From Squalus acanthias (lineage: Eukaryota), in assembly GCA_030390025.1 (NCBI GenBank), contig CM059431.1, positions 117,988,001 through 118,052,000 of the forward strand: a stretch of 64,000 nt of DNA. Reading direction: 5' to 3'. Positions 24,588-34,929 of this stretch are shown in pieces (the stretch's first letter is position 1; every line of letters begins with the position of its first letter). The notes under the pieces were generated by a model. That model was not told the DNA's origin, ran no database searches, and was given only the letters and a program-made list of their open reading frames with translations. A program made the position numbers and the translations under genes.

Positions 24588-25428
24588 CCCTGGAAGGGCC
24601 CAGGTAGCTGTGCCTGGTACAGGAACCCCAATGTGTATCAGAGAGGCATGACTTGATCGTCCGTATTCATACTTGGGCAGCTCTTACCGGCTCTTGTATA
24701 TCATCTTCCGCCAAGTTAAGTACGGAATGCAGTCCCCATAGTGCACAAAACCTGGAAAGTTGAAAAGAAATTGAACAAAGTCACTTTTAAATGAATGTTT
24801 GTTCCCTTTGGCTCAGTCAATGCATTGCACCATCCTCCTGTAATATGGAGCACTTGCCCAATCTGCCAGGTATCACACACAAATATAAGACATTAACAAT
24901 CACACTTCAAAGTTTTCACAATCGACATTTATATAAAGAAAATTAATCTTCGCAGGAAGAAAAGATTGGGTACTGAGCCTTTGTAAAGGAGTTAAGAGAA
25001 GTGACCAAAGGCTTGGATTTTAGGGAGGCTTTTAAAGGTGGGAAGAGAAATAGGGAGCCTTTTATTCAAAGGTTTCCAGAGATTAGGATAGAGACACCTA
25101 CTTCCACTTCCAAAACAGGGCCTGCCTCCTTCCCTACCTCAGCCCTCTACCACTGAAACCGTTGCATGTGCCTTTGTCATCTTCAGACTTGATTACTCCA
25201 ATGCTCTCTTTGCCAGTCTTCCATCCTCTACCCATCATAAACTCCAGCTCTTCTAAACACTGCTGCTTGTATCCTATCCAGCACCTAGTCCTGCTCAGCC
25301 ATGCCCCTCCCCCACTGACCTAAATTGGCTCCTGGTCCCTCAACATCTCAAATTTAAATTCATAAATAACAACAGAAAACGCTGGAAAAACTCAGCAGAC
25401 CAGGCAGCATCCGTGGAGAGAGAAACAG

Positions 25429-25465
25429 AGTTAACGTTTCAGGTCTGGGACCCTTCATCAGAACT
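25429..25465 (-). ncRNA. Minimal hammerhead ribozyme motif, intact core
   Basis: Reverse complement reads AGTT-CTGATGA-A-GGGTC-cca-GACCT-GAAA-CGTT-AACT. Confidence 0.75.
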
Positions 25466-26151
25466 GGAAAAAGCTGGAGATGTAACAGATATTAAGCAGG
25501 TGCAGAGACAGGGGGGGATGGTGGGAGGGGAGGGAGGAGTTGAAGGAACATACTGTGCTTTTGTAAGAGGCAGGAAAGATAAAATGTTGCAAATGGGGAT
25601 AGCAAAATCATACAGCATGAAAAATGGGGGCAAGGGGTTATAGTTTGAAATTGTTGAACTCAATGTTGAGTCCAGAAGGCTGTAAAGTGCCTAATCGAAA
25701 GATGAGGTGCTGTTCCTCGAGCTTACGTTGAGCTATATTGGAACAGTGTAATAGGCCGAGGACAGAGAGAGCAGAGTGGGAGTGAAGCAGAGAATTAAAG
25801 TGACAGGCCACATGAAGCTCAGGGTCACCCTTACGGACTGAATGGAAGTGTTCCACAAAGCTTCGCCCAATCTGCGTTTGGTCTCCCCAATGTAGAGGAG
25901 ACCGCATCGTGAGCAGAGAATACAGTATACTAAATTGCAAGAAGTACAAGTAAATTGCTGTTTCACCTGGAAGGGGTGTTAGGGGCCCTGGACAGTGGGA
26001 AGGGAGGAGGTATAAAGGCATATGTTGCATCTCCTGCGCTTGCACGGGAAGGTGCCAGGCGAAGGGGAAGGGCTGTTAGGGGTGATTGAGGAGTGGACCA
26101 GGGTGTTGCGGAGGGAGCGGTCCCTTCAGAATGCTGAAAGGGGAGGGGAGG

Positions 26152-26566
26152 GCGGCAGCGTGCAATGCAAGCTTCTAACATTTGCACGTTAAATGATAGA
26201 GGAAATAAATGCACGTGATTTAAAAATTGTGTTGAGATTTCATTTGTCATTCATTACAATATAACAGTCGCCCGGCATAAGAGGGCAAGAGACGATATTT
26301 GAAAAATTAAATAATAACGTGCAGGCTGAGCTGTTTTGAGCACCATGATGTGATTTGCCCTTTTAGGAAATCTTGCAGCTGTGACAGTCCTAGAAAATGC
26401 ACCTAGAATTAGTGCTTGGTACCCCTCTTCCTTGCTGCATTGCTAATACCATTGTTAGTTCTTCATTAGACTTTTTACTCTCTAATGGCTGTACCCTCCT
26501 GGTCCTTGAACCAATGCTGAGGCCACTTTTTCAGGGTAAATTGTAAAGCATGCAGTAGACATGAAT
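26152..26566 (+). repeat. Copy 2 of the local duplication, inside the Penelope element
   Basis: Direct repeat of 22452-22864. Confidence 0.95.
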
Positions 26567-28929
26567 TTTGAAAGCAGGAGAAAGGGTCAGCTGTGCGGGG
26601 GGAAGACTCCTGGCCAAAGAAGTGGGCCCGGAGATGAAGGCGATGGAAAAAGAGTTCAGCATCGTGCCGAGCTCGAAATTCATTGAGATGGGGGCGTAAG
26701 GGGATGAAGCTCAGGCCTTTGCTGAAAACTGATCGTTCGGGGTCAGAGAGGGGAAGGTCAGAGGGGATAGTGAAAACATGGCAGGGGGTGAGATTGGAAG
26801 AAGGGATGGGGTCAGAGGAAAGTGAAGGTGAAGAAGGATCCGGAGGGGCGTTGGTGTCCAAGAGTTGATGAAGCTTGCGATCCTTGACATCAGAAAGGAA
26901 GAAAAATAGTTTTTTGCTGAAGCGCCGGATGAGTCGAAGGATGAAATGGAACTGTGGACCTGGACAGCTTTGCGATAGAGTGCGTCGGTGCTGCTGAAGA
27001 GAGAGGTCGAGAGTATTCATGTGGCGCCGCATGGCGTTGAGCGTGGATCTCAAGATGCGGCGAGAGCAGTAGTTCGAGGAACGATGAATATCTTGGAGAT
27101 ATTTGTAATCCTGGGTGGATCCGAAACACGAAGGGTGGAAGTTTAGTTGGAATCCACGTGGAATAAGTCGGAACCGGAGACAGTTGCTGAGAAAATTCAT
27201 AGCCTTGTTCATAAACCCATCTATGGTCTCACACCTCCCTATCTCTGTGAACTCCTTCAGCCTTACCAACCCCATGAACTCACCATTTCTCTGACTTCAG
27301 CCTCTTGTGGATTCCACTTCCTTTTGCCCCATAATTGCCAGCTGTGCCATCAGCCGCCTGCGTCCCACTCTCATATATCAATGCAAGTTGTTATTTTAGA
27401 TATGGCTGAAGGTTGTACCATCAATGGCGGAGTGGGGTGGGGTTTGCAGAAGAGGTACGAGTCAGAAGACTGTAGTGTATGGGAGGAGATGTAATGCTGG
27501 AGGAGGTTGTAGAAGTAGGGTGTGGCAAGGCAATAGAGGCATTTGTAGATGAGTACGAGAATTTTAAATAAAGTGTTTTGGGAGTTTTGGATCCAATGTA
27601 AATCAGTGAGGACGGATATGATAGACATGCAGGATTAGTCTAAGTCAGAAGGTGGGTGGCTGAGTTCCGAACAATTATGGAGGGTAGAGATTGGAAGACC
27701 AACAAGCAGCACATTGGAGAAATCAAGTCTAGTGGTGTCAGATATGTTGATGAGGGGTTCAGTGGCATGATCATAAGATAGAGGCAGAGGCAGCTGATGT
27801 TGCGAAACAGCATTGGTGTGAACACCTTATGGAGTATGAAGCTCAACTCTGGTCAAACAGGATGCTGAGGTTGCACAGTCTAAGTTCAGCCTGATCAAGC
27901 AAGGAGGATGGCATCAGTGGCAAGATGACTTCAATGCAAAAGAAACTCGGCGGGGTGTGAAACGGGCTGCCGATTCACTTTCACTTATTTTGTACTACTG
28001 CCCGAGACCGATTTCACCCCACTTGTGCCTTGGATTTAACAGCCTGTGTGTCAGTTATCAAAGTGACCTTTGGTTTTAAAAATACAATACTGTCTTATCA
28101 ATTTTATTGAATTGCATGTAGCTTACGAGAATTTTACAACTGTAAACTGATCAAGTAGGTTAAAATAATCTTCCGTTACTATAGGAATTTGGGGATCAAT
28201 TTCTGTATCCTAAGAACAACATTTGCTTTGTCCCTGTTGATTGGTGAGAGGACTACTGATCAAAAAATGAATCTACAAGCATCGCCACGCTGAGTCAGAG
28301 AGAAGGTAAGTATCTTGGTTACAATACCATAAATCAAATTTTACTTTAAAAAGCACCACATCAATTCTTTCTCCACTAACACTTTATTAATGATTAACAA
28401 TTGAATCGAGAGGTATAGAAAGTGCACTGGGTTCGGTCAATATCCTCTCGCCTCTGTAACCTGGGATTAAATTAGATTGATTGAATCAAAAGCATCTTTC
28501 TATGATGGTTGTAAAGGTGCTGAAGTAAAATGAGTCTGGGCCTTTTCAATACAATTGCCAGTACAGAAAAAGTGAATCCGTGTTTTATCGTGATATCCAA
28601 TTTGACTCCTGGGTCATCCTGTATAAATCAACTCAAATTAAAAAGATCCAGCCACAGTTCGTCGATCAGCAGGAACACGGCATAATATTGGTTGAAGTGT
28701 CACTTAACTCTTAGTTCACCTCTAAATATCAAGGACTGAGCAGTGCACAATTTGATATATTACAAACCACTATTTTAGTTTGCTACTTCTATGCAGGAAA
28801 TTATAATTGAATTGTCAACGTAAACCTAGTTTAGTATACTGCATTCACTGCTCATGGTGCAGTTTCCATTATAATAAGAGATCAACGCAGATTAGCTGAA
28901 GCATTTGCCAAACAATTCTGTTCTGTCTG

Positions 28930-29730
28930 CAAATGTGACCTTGAGTTCCCTGTGGCCTGCCACTTTAACCATCCCCTCCTATTCCCACTCTGAGCCTTTT
29001 GTTCTTGTCCTCATATATTACTTCAACAAAGCTCAATGCAAGCTTCAAGAACAATGGTGTAATGTTCATTTTGACAGGACACAGGCGGCTGTGAGTCAGC
29101 CGCCCGTCGTACACCCTACCTAAATTTCCTTTGCATAGAATAAAAAGGCCGTGTATGACAGGCCGCTAATTCGCAACCGCCGGTTTTCCCCTCGCCCAGA
29201 GTGCTTACCACCAATATCTTATCTTTTATCTGGGCATTCTGCAGGCCTCTGGTCTGAACAATGGCTTCAGTAACTTCAGATTTTAGCTCTATCTTCCTTT
29301 TCCTTTACCGCGGCTGCTGCTGGTGATGTGCGAGTGGGTCTGTCAGTGGCCGGGGACAAAGGGTTGGCATTTTGGGTGTGTTCTGTCCCTTCCTCGGAAC
29401 ACAGTGCTGGCAGAGGGGCTGCACCCTTCCTGTAGAACTGTTCTTTATCTTTTCAGGACCGGTAAATCCACTGTACTTTGTCAGCATCCACTGCTTCACT
29501 TTCAAACCTGTTTTAATTTCATCATTTTCCTTTCTCTCTTTGTTTAACTTGGTTTGGTTTTTAATTTCCTTCCCTCGCCCCACTTTATCTATTCCTATCG
29601 CTATGCTTGTTACTTATTTTTCAGTTTTGAAGGAGGGTACCGATCCAAAATATTGACTCTTCTCTCTGCAGATGCAGATTGACCAGATGTTCTGGTTCAG
29701 ATTCCAGCATCTGCAGGACTTTGCTTTCTA
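28930..29730 (+). mobile_element. Old Penelope-like 3' fragment with small MITE-like insertions
   Basis: Degenerate GIY-YIG C-terminus (PVACHFN...HSH, GLNN) and a degenerate pseudo-LTR (cagttttgaaggagggtaccgatccaaaatattgactc...agattccagcatctgcag). Confidence 0.6.
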
Positions 29731-29779
29731 TTGAGATTTATCTTGTCTATAGCACTTAGGATCTTGAATGTTTCCATAA

Positions 29780-31850
29780 AATAATCCCTGGGCCTTCCCT
29801 TCAGTGTAAACGCTCCCATCTTCTGCAACCCTTGCTCATAACTCAGGTACCTAATCTAATCTATCAATTTAATTGCCCTTTGCTGCACCTCTGCAGTGCC
29901 TGCATGTCTTTCTAGTAATAGAGTGACCTGAATCACCAAAGTACTGCAGGTGGGGGCTGGTTGAGTGCTTTCTACAAACTCAGAATCACTTACTGAGATT
30001 TGTGCTCTACTCGTCTGGCTATATAGCCCAATATCCTATTTACTCTCTGCACTGCTATGACACACTATGCTCAAGGCTTGGGTGATTGATCCATTTTAAC
30101 AGCCCTAAATTCCTTTCCTGTGTTACGTCTTGTAGAAAAATACCATTTAGATTATATTGTCTGTGTTTTTATCTTTTTCCAGTCTCATGATTTTGCATTT
30201 GTCCATATTAATTTACATCTGCTACTTATAGCCCAACTCTCCATATCTATCCAGATCCTTTTGTATCTGATCAGTCTGTTACCTGTTGCTTGTAGTCCTT
30301 CCCTGCTTGGCAAACTTGACAAGTTTTGTTTCTATCCCCACTCCAAGTCATTTTTGTACATTATAAACAGTAATGGCCCCATCACTAACTTCTGAGGCAC
30401 CCTACTAGTTCAGACTTGAGCACAAAAATCTAGGTTGACACTCCAGTGAAGTGCTCCGCTGCAATGTCAGAGGTGCTGTCTTTTGGATGACATGTTAAAC
30501 CGAGGCCCTGTCTGCTCTCTCAGGTGGACGTAAAAGATCCCATGGCACTATTTCGAAGAAGAGTAGGGGAGTTATCCCTGGTGACCTGGCCAATATTTAT
30601 CCCTCAACCAACATCACTAAAAACAGATTACTTGGTCATTATCACATTGCGGTTTGTGTGAGCTTGCTGTGCGCAAATTGGCTGCCGCCTTTCCTACATT
30701 ACAACAGTGACTACATTTCAAAAGTACTTCATTGGCTGTAAAGCGCTTTGGGACGTCCGATGGTCGTGAAAGGCGCTATATAAATGCAAGTCTTTATTTT
30801 TTTCTTTCCTTCCATGCCATTCCAGCTCCAAGTACTATCATCCTTTGCATCCTGTGCTGCAGCCAATTTTTAATTCCTTTTAGAAGCATTCTACCTACAA
30901 CCTTATGGATCAATCTCCGCTGTGGCGCTTTATGAACAGCTTTGCTGAATCTAAATATACAACATCCATTGAGTGTCCTCTGTCCACGGGGTTTGTTATA
31001 AAGTAAATAAAGAAAGAACTTACATTTATATAGTGCCTTTCATGACCTCAAAACATCCCAAAATGCTTCACAGTCAATTATTTCTTTTTGAAGCATAGAC
31101 ACTTTTATAATGTGGAGAAACTATCTCCTCAAAGAACTACAAGGCATGGTCTTCTTTTGGAAAGCTGGGCTGACAGAGCTCTATATTTCCCTAGATGCTT
31201 CATAAATTATTCCTTCAGGATACCCTCGAGTACTTTCTCTACAATGGATGTCAAGCTGGCTGACCTGTAGTTCCTTCTTTGCCCCTTCTTATGGATTGGT
31301 GCCACATACCCTTTTCTCCAATCCTCAGACACAGTCCCTCTTTGCAAGGATTCTCTAATATCATTAGTTACTTCCTTAAGTAACTCAGGGTGCAATCCAT
31401 CTGGATCCATGAATTTTGCTTCCTTCAATGCCTTCAGTCTATGCATTACCTCTTTATTGGTTACATCTATTTTTCTTAGAATCTCATCAGCTTGCCCTAG
31501 AATTCCACCCCAAGGCTGTCTGAGGTTTGCTCTATGAAACAGACTCAAATAAATCATTTAGAATACTAGCTATTCCCTGATCACTTGATCTAATGTTGTT
31601 TTTAGCATCCTTCGGGGCTCCCAGTGTTTCCACAACTGCCTATTTGCTACAAATGATCTTTTTGTCTATTTTAGCTTTATACAAAATTTTCTTAGCCTGC
31701 CTAACCTTACTTTTATACCTGTTCTCTGGTCTGATTTTTATATTTGAGGGAAGCTCTTTTTTGCTGTTTTTACCCCCTGCAGTACTTCTCTTGTTGTCTG
31801 CATTGGTTTCCTTTTTTCTCTCTTCTGCTCTTCTGACCAATTTCAGATTT
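29780..31850 (-). mobile_element. Old CR1 LINE RT fragment, interrupted by a SINE
   Basis: DPDGLHPELLKEV...VSEDWRKGYVAPIHKKG...NYRSASLTS (31207-31557) and downstream RT remnants. Confidence 0.75.
30410..30808 (+). mobile_element. Deu-domain SINE, 5'-truncated
   Basis: Same family as 14308-14768 (gtaaaagatcccatggcactatttcgaagaagag...aaggcgctatataaatgcaagtcttt). Confidence 0.88.
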
Positions 31851-32229
31851 CAGAAAGGAAGGTGATGCTTGACAAGCCAGATATGCTCCTTTGAGGAGGT
31901 GACAGATATGGTGGATGGGGTAACACATTGGATGTGGTTTACATGGACTGTCATAAAGCCTTTGACAAGGTGCCATGGAGGAAACTATTGGACAAGATTG
32001 AGGGGGTTGAAATTAGGGGGAGAATGGCAAACTATTAAAAACGTATTGGAAGAGAGGAAGCAGAGTAGGAGTTAAGAGCAGTTTCTCAGAATGGTGGGAA
32101 ATGAGTACAGTGTCTCATATCGTACTGTTCTGATAGCACTTCTGCTCACTGTGTGCATCGATGATTTGGATGCAGGTCTGGAGGAAATGGTGCCCAAATT
32201 TTGCAGCTAATGCTAAAATAGCACGCACA

Positions 32230-32386
32230 GGTCCAAAATTTCCACGGAGCTGCTCCTGCTCCACTGCTGTAACTTTGCCGGAAGTACAATGGGAACTCTA
32301 GTTACGCGAGTAAATAAGGTTTCTCCCACACTTCCGGCAAAGTTACGGTGGCAGAGTAATAGCAGCTCCGAAAAAAATCCAGGGCC
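32230..32386. mobile_element. Small fold-back Harbinger-type MITE (157 bp)
   Basis: Ends GGTCC...GGGCC. Long internal inverted repeat (cggagctgct...gtaactttgccggaagt / acttccggcaaagttac...agcagctccg). Flanks ACA and ATG are compatible with an ACG TSD after CpG decay. Confidence 0.7.
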
Positions 32387-33000
32387 ATGGTAATAATTCT
32401 GAGGACCAAAGGAAGTTGCAAGGGGTATATTGATAGGATGGCAGAATGGGGAAAAAAGTGGCAGATGGAATTCAATGTCAGTGAATGTGAGATGTTACAT
32501 AAAAGTGAATAATTATACTTTGAATGGGAGCAATCTGGTTGAGGTGGAAAAGCAGAGGGAATTGTGGGTTCAGGTTCACAAGCAGCACCTCAAATGGATA
32601 AGACCATAAAGAAAGCGGATGGAATACTGGGTTTTATGACAAGCGGTATAGAATATAAAAATTGAGATGTAATAGTGGATCTATATAAAACCTTAGTAAA
32701 AGCACAGTACTGTGTATCAGTTTGGGCTCCACACTAGCAGAACACAGCTTGGATTCACTAGGATGCTGCCTGGTAAGAGGGAATACAAATATGAAACAAG
32801 ATTTGAAAATGTGGGTCAGTTTTCATTTGAACAGAGTAGATGAAAGGGTGATTTGACATAGGTGTTTAAAATTTAGGAAGGAATGGGACAGAGCAGATAG
32901 AAATGGATTGCTTCCAGTGATTTAAGGTATCTAGAATGAAGAGTAATAGATATAAAATTAAATGTAACAGATTTAAGACAGAGAGCAAGAGAAACTTATT

Positions 33001-33767
33001 GGCCCAGAAATTCACCTCTCCGGCCTGCCACGGGGGTAAGGATCGCGTGCGCTCTTATCTACCACGCCTGCCGTTGTGTTTTGGGCCCACGGGAACTTCG
33101 GGTCCTGGGCCTCTCCCAACTGCCGGCGCGCAGTGCTTGCGTGTTCCAGGGGCGCAGTTAGTGTGATGCATCCCCTGGGATCACGTGGGCCATGGGTAGC
33201 CAATGGCAGCAGACCATCTTTCACTCATAGATTTGACAGGAGACCTGTCAAATCTGTGAATTGAAATCGGCCCCAAAAGAACAGCTAAACTTAAAATAAA
33301 TTTTTTTTAAAAACCCATCACATTTATAAAATAACTATAGTTAAATAAATTAACCACTTTAAACAAAAATTTAAATTTTTGAAAAAATTTAAATACTTTT
33401 TAAAAGTTATAAAAATAAACTTACCTTTCTTTAAAGTATCTAAAAAAGATAAATCTGTTGAAAAAACATTTAAAATTATACTTAATTAACCACTTACCTT
33501 GTTCAAAACGGGTCTTACGCCTCCGTTTCATTAGCGTAGTATCTTCAATACTTAACCTCGCGTAGAAACCTGAAAAAAAATCTAAGTGTGCTGCGTGCGC
33601 GCAGCCTCTAGTGCGCACGCGATTCACCTAGGAACCGCCCCCTTCACCAGACCGGAAGTTCCGGTTTCCCGCGCATGCGCAGTGCATGCAGGAAACCGGC
33701 ACTTCGGGAAGCAATACGGGTGAGTACATAGTCCGTACTCACCCGGGAAGGGCTGAATTTTTGGGCC
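33001..33767. mobile_element. Harbinger-type MITE with AT-rich core, copy 1
   Basis: TIR GGCCCAGAAATTCA / TGAATTTTTGGGCC; 3-bp TAT/ATT TSD; homologous to 41994-42737. Confidence 0.9.
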
Positions 33768-34069
33768 TATTTTACACACAGGGTTGTGAGGCTGTGGAAT
33801 GTACTACCAGAGTTGGTGACTGAAGCATGTCAACGTTTAAGATTAGGTTAGATAGGTGGTTGAAGGAAAGGGGAATAAAGCCAAATGGGAGCAGGTTGGT
33901 CACATGGGGTTAGGATTACTGCTTGTGTGAGGAAAAAAATAAAATGGATTGGTTGGGCTGAACTGCTTGTTTCTGTGTTATAGTTTCTATGTAACTCTAT
34001 TCCTTAAAGTGTTCCATTGTTCCTCTATTTTTCTCCCTTTTAAAAGTTTGGCGCAGTTTACCCCACTCA

Positions 34070-34620
34070 TGTCACTCCTCATTCCCTGCATCTGCTTTCT
34101 GATAATTGAGAGCTTGTGTACTACTAATCTCCTTCTCTAGTGTGAGCCTGACATTAAACTCTACCATATTATTTTCACTATTTCCAGGATGCTGTTTCAC
34201 TCTAAACGGCTTTCTTATTGGGTTATTACACAGTATTAAGTCTAAAGTCACCTCTCCTCTTGTAGGTTCATTTGTATCATGTAACAGTTCGTTATAATGT
34301 CCAGAAACATTTTTTTTCCTGTTACTCCCATTAAAATCCAACCAATTTATCTCTAGTGAGTTGAAATTTCCCATAACAATTCAGTTTGATCACCACTTCC
34401 TTTAGTTCCGTTTAATGATTCAGGTCAAATATCTCTTTCTTACCTGGTGGCTTATAACAAATTCCAATTAGTAGTTTCTTCCCCTGATATAATTTAACTC
34501 AATCCACAGTGCTTCTACCTCAATTATACCTGATTCCAATTTATCTAACTCCTTTATCAATATGTCCACATGATATAAAAGCCCACCCCTTACTTTTTCT
34601 ATCCCCGCAGAACAATCTAT
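34070..34620 (-). mobile_element. Old CR1 endonuclease fragment
   Basis: MGNFNSLEINW...EPTRGEVTLDLILCN...SENNMVEF. Confidence 0.7.
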
Positions 34621-34929
34621 ACCTATATCTGTATCATGTCATGTAATGTGTCATACTGAGTGGCTATCACATAGGCATAAATTCACCTTGAATATCATCA
34701 CAAAGAATATCATGCAATGAAGGTAGTGCCTGAATATGGTCAACTGAGGTGCTGACATTTTGGTCTCTTATGTTTCTCAGGAATGGAGGAGCAAAGTCAA
34801 GGCACAGACTGTCTCAGCAATCAAACTCACACCTCACAACACCTTGTATCAGTTCTGTACTTGTACTTGGGCAGTATTGGGTAAACTATTGTCTGCACTA
34901 CAGTCTGCCGTGGATCACATGCCATGCAC

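Larger units (their letters stand above)
25365..27192 (-). mobile_element. Penelope-like element, internally deleted, containing a captured local sequence
   Basis: 9-bp TSD AAATTCATA at 25356-25364 and 27193-27201. N-terminal region (FLSNCLRFRLIPRGF...LSDPERSVFSKGLSFIP) and GIY-YIG C-terminus (NLVYCILCSRCGLLYIGET) are present; the RT core is missing. Confidence 0.9.
24940..27920. mobile_element. Decayed L2-like LINE fragments on both strands, hosting the Penelope insertion
   Basis: L2-type C-terminal motifs (SRLDYSNALFASLP...KLQL; ISVLTDLHW...FKILVLIYKCL). Confidence 0.6.
31850..33998 (+). mobile_element. Old CR1 LINE 3' half with two MITE insertions
   Basis: FQKGR*CLT...SFEEVT, AFDKVP, LYKTLV remnants; tail ttatagtttctatgtaactctat. 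Confidence 0.78.

Noticed and set aside
28185..28311. Possible exon (TAG| ... AAG|GTAAGT)
   Set aside because: Stops in all three frames and no partner exons. A non-coding exon cannot be excluded without RNA data.
30810..33998. Twin-priming inversion of one CR1 at ~31850
   Set aside because: The minus and plus pieces both cover the same RT segment (VDxVYLD/AFDKV region), so two independent insertions are more likely.
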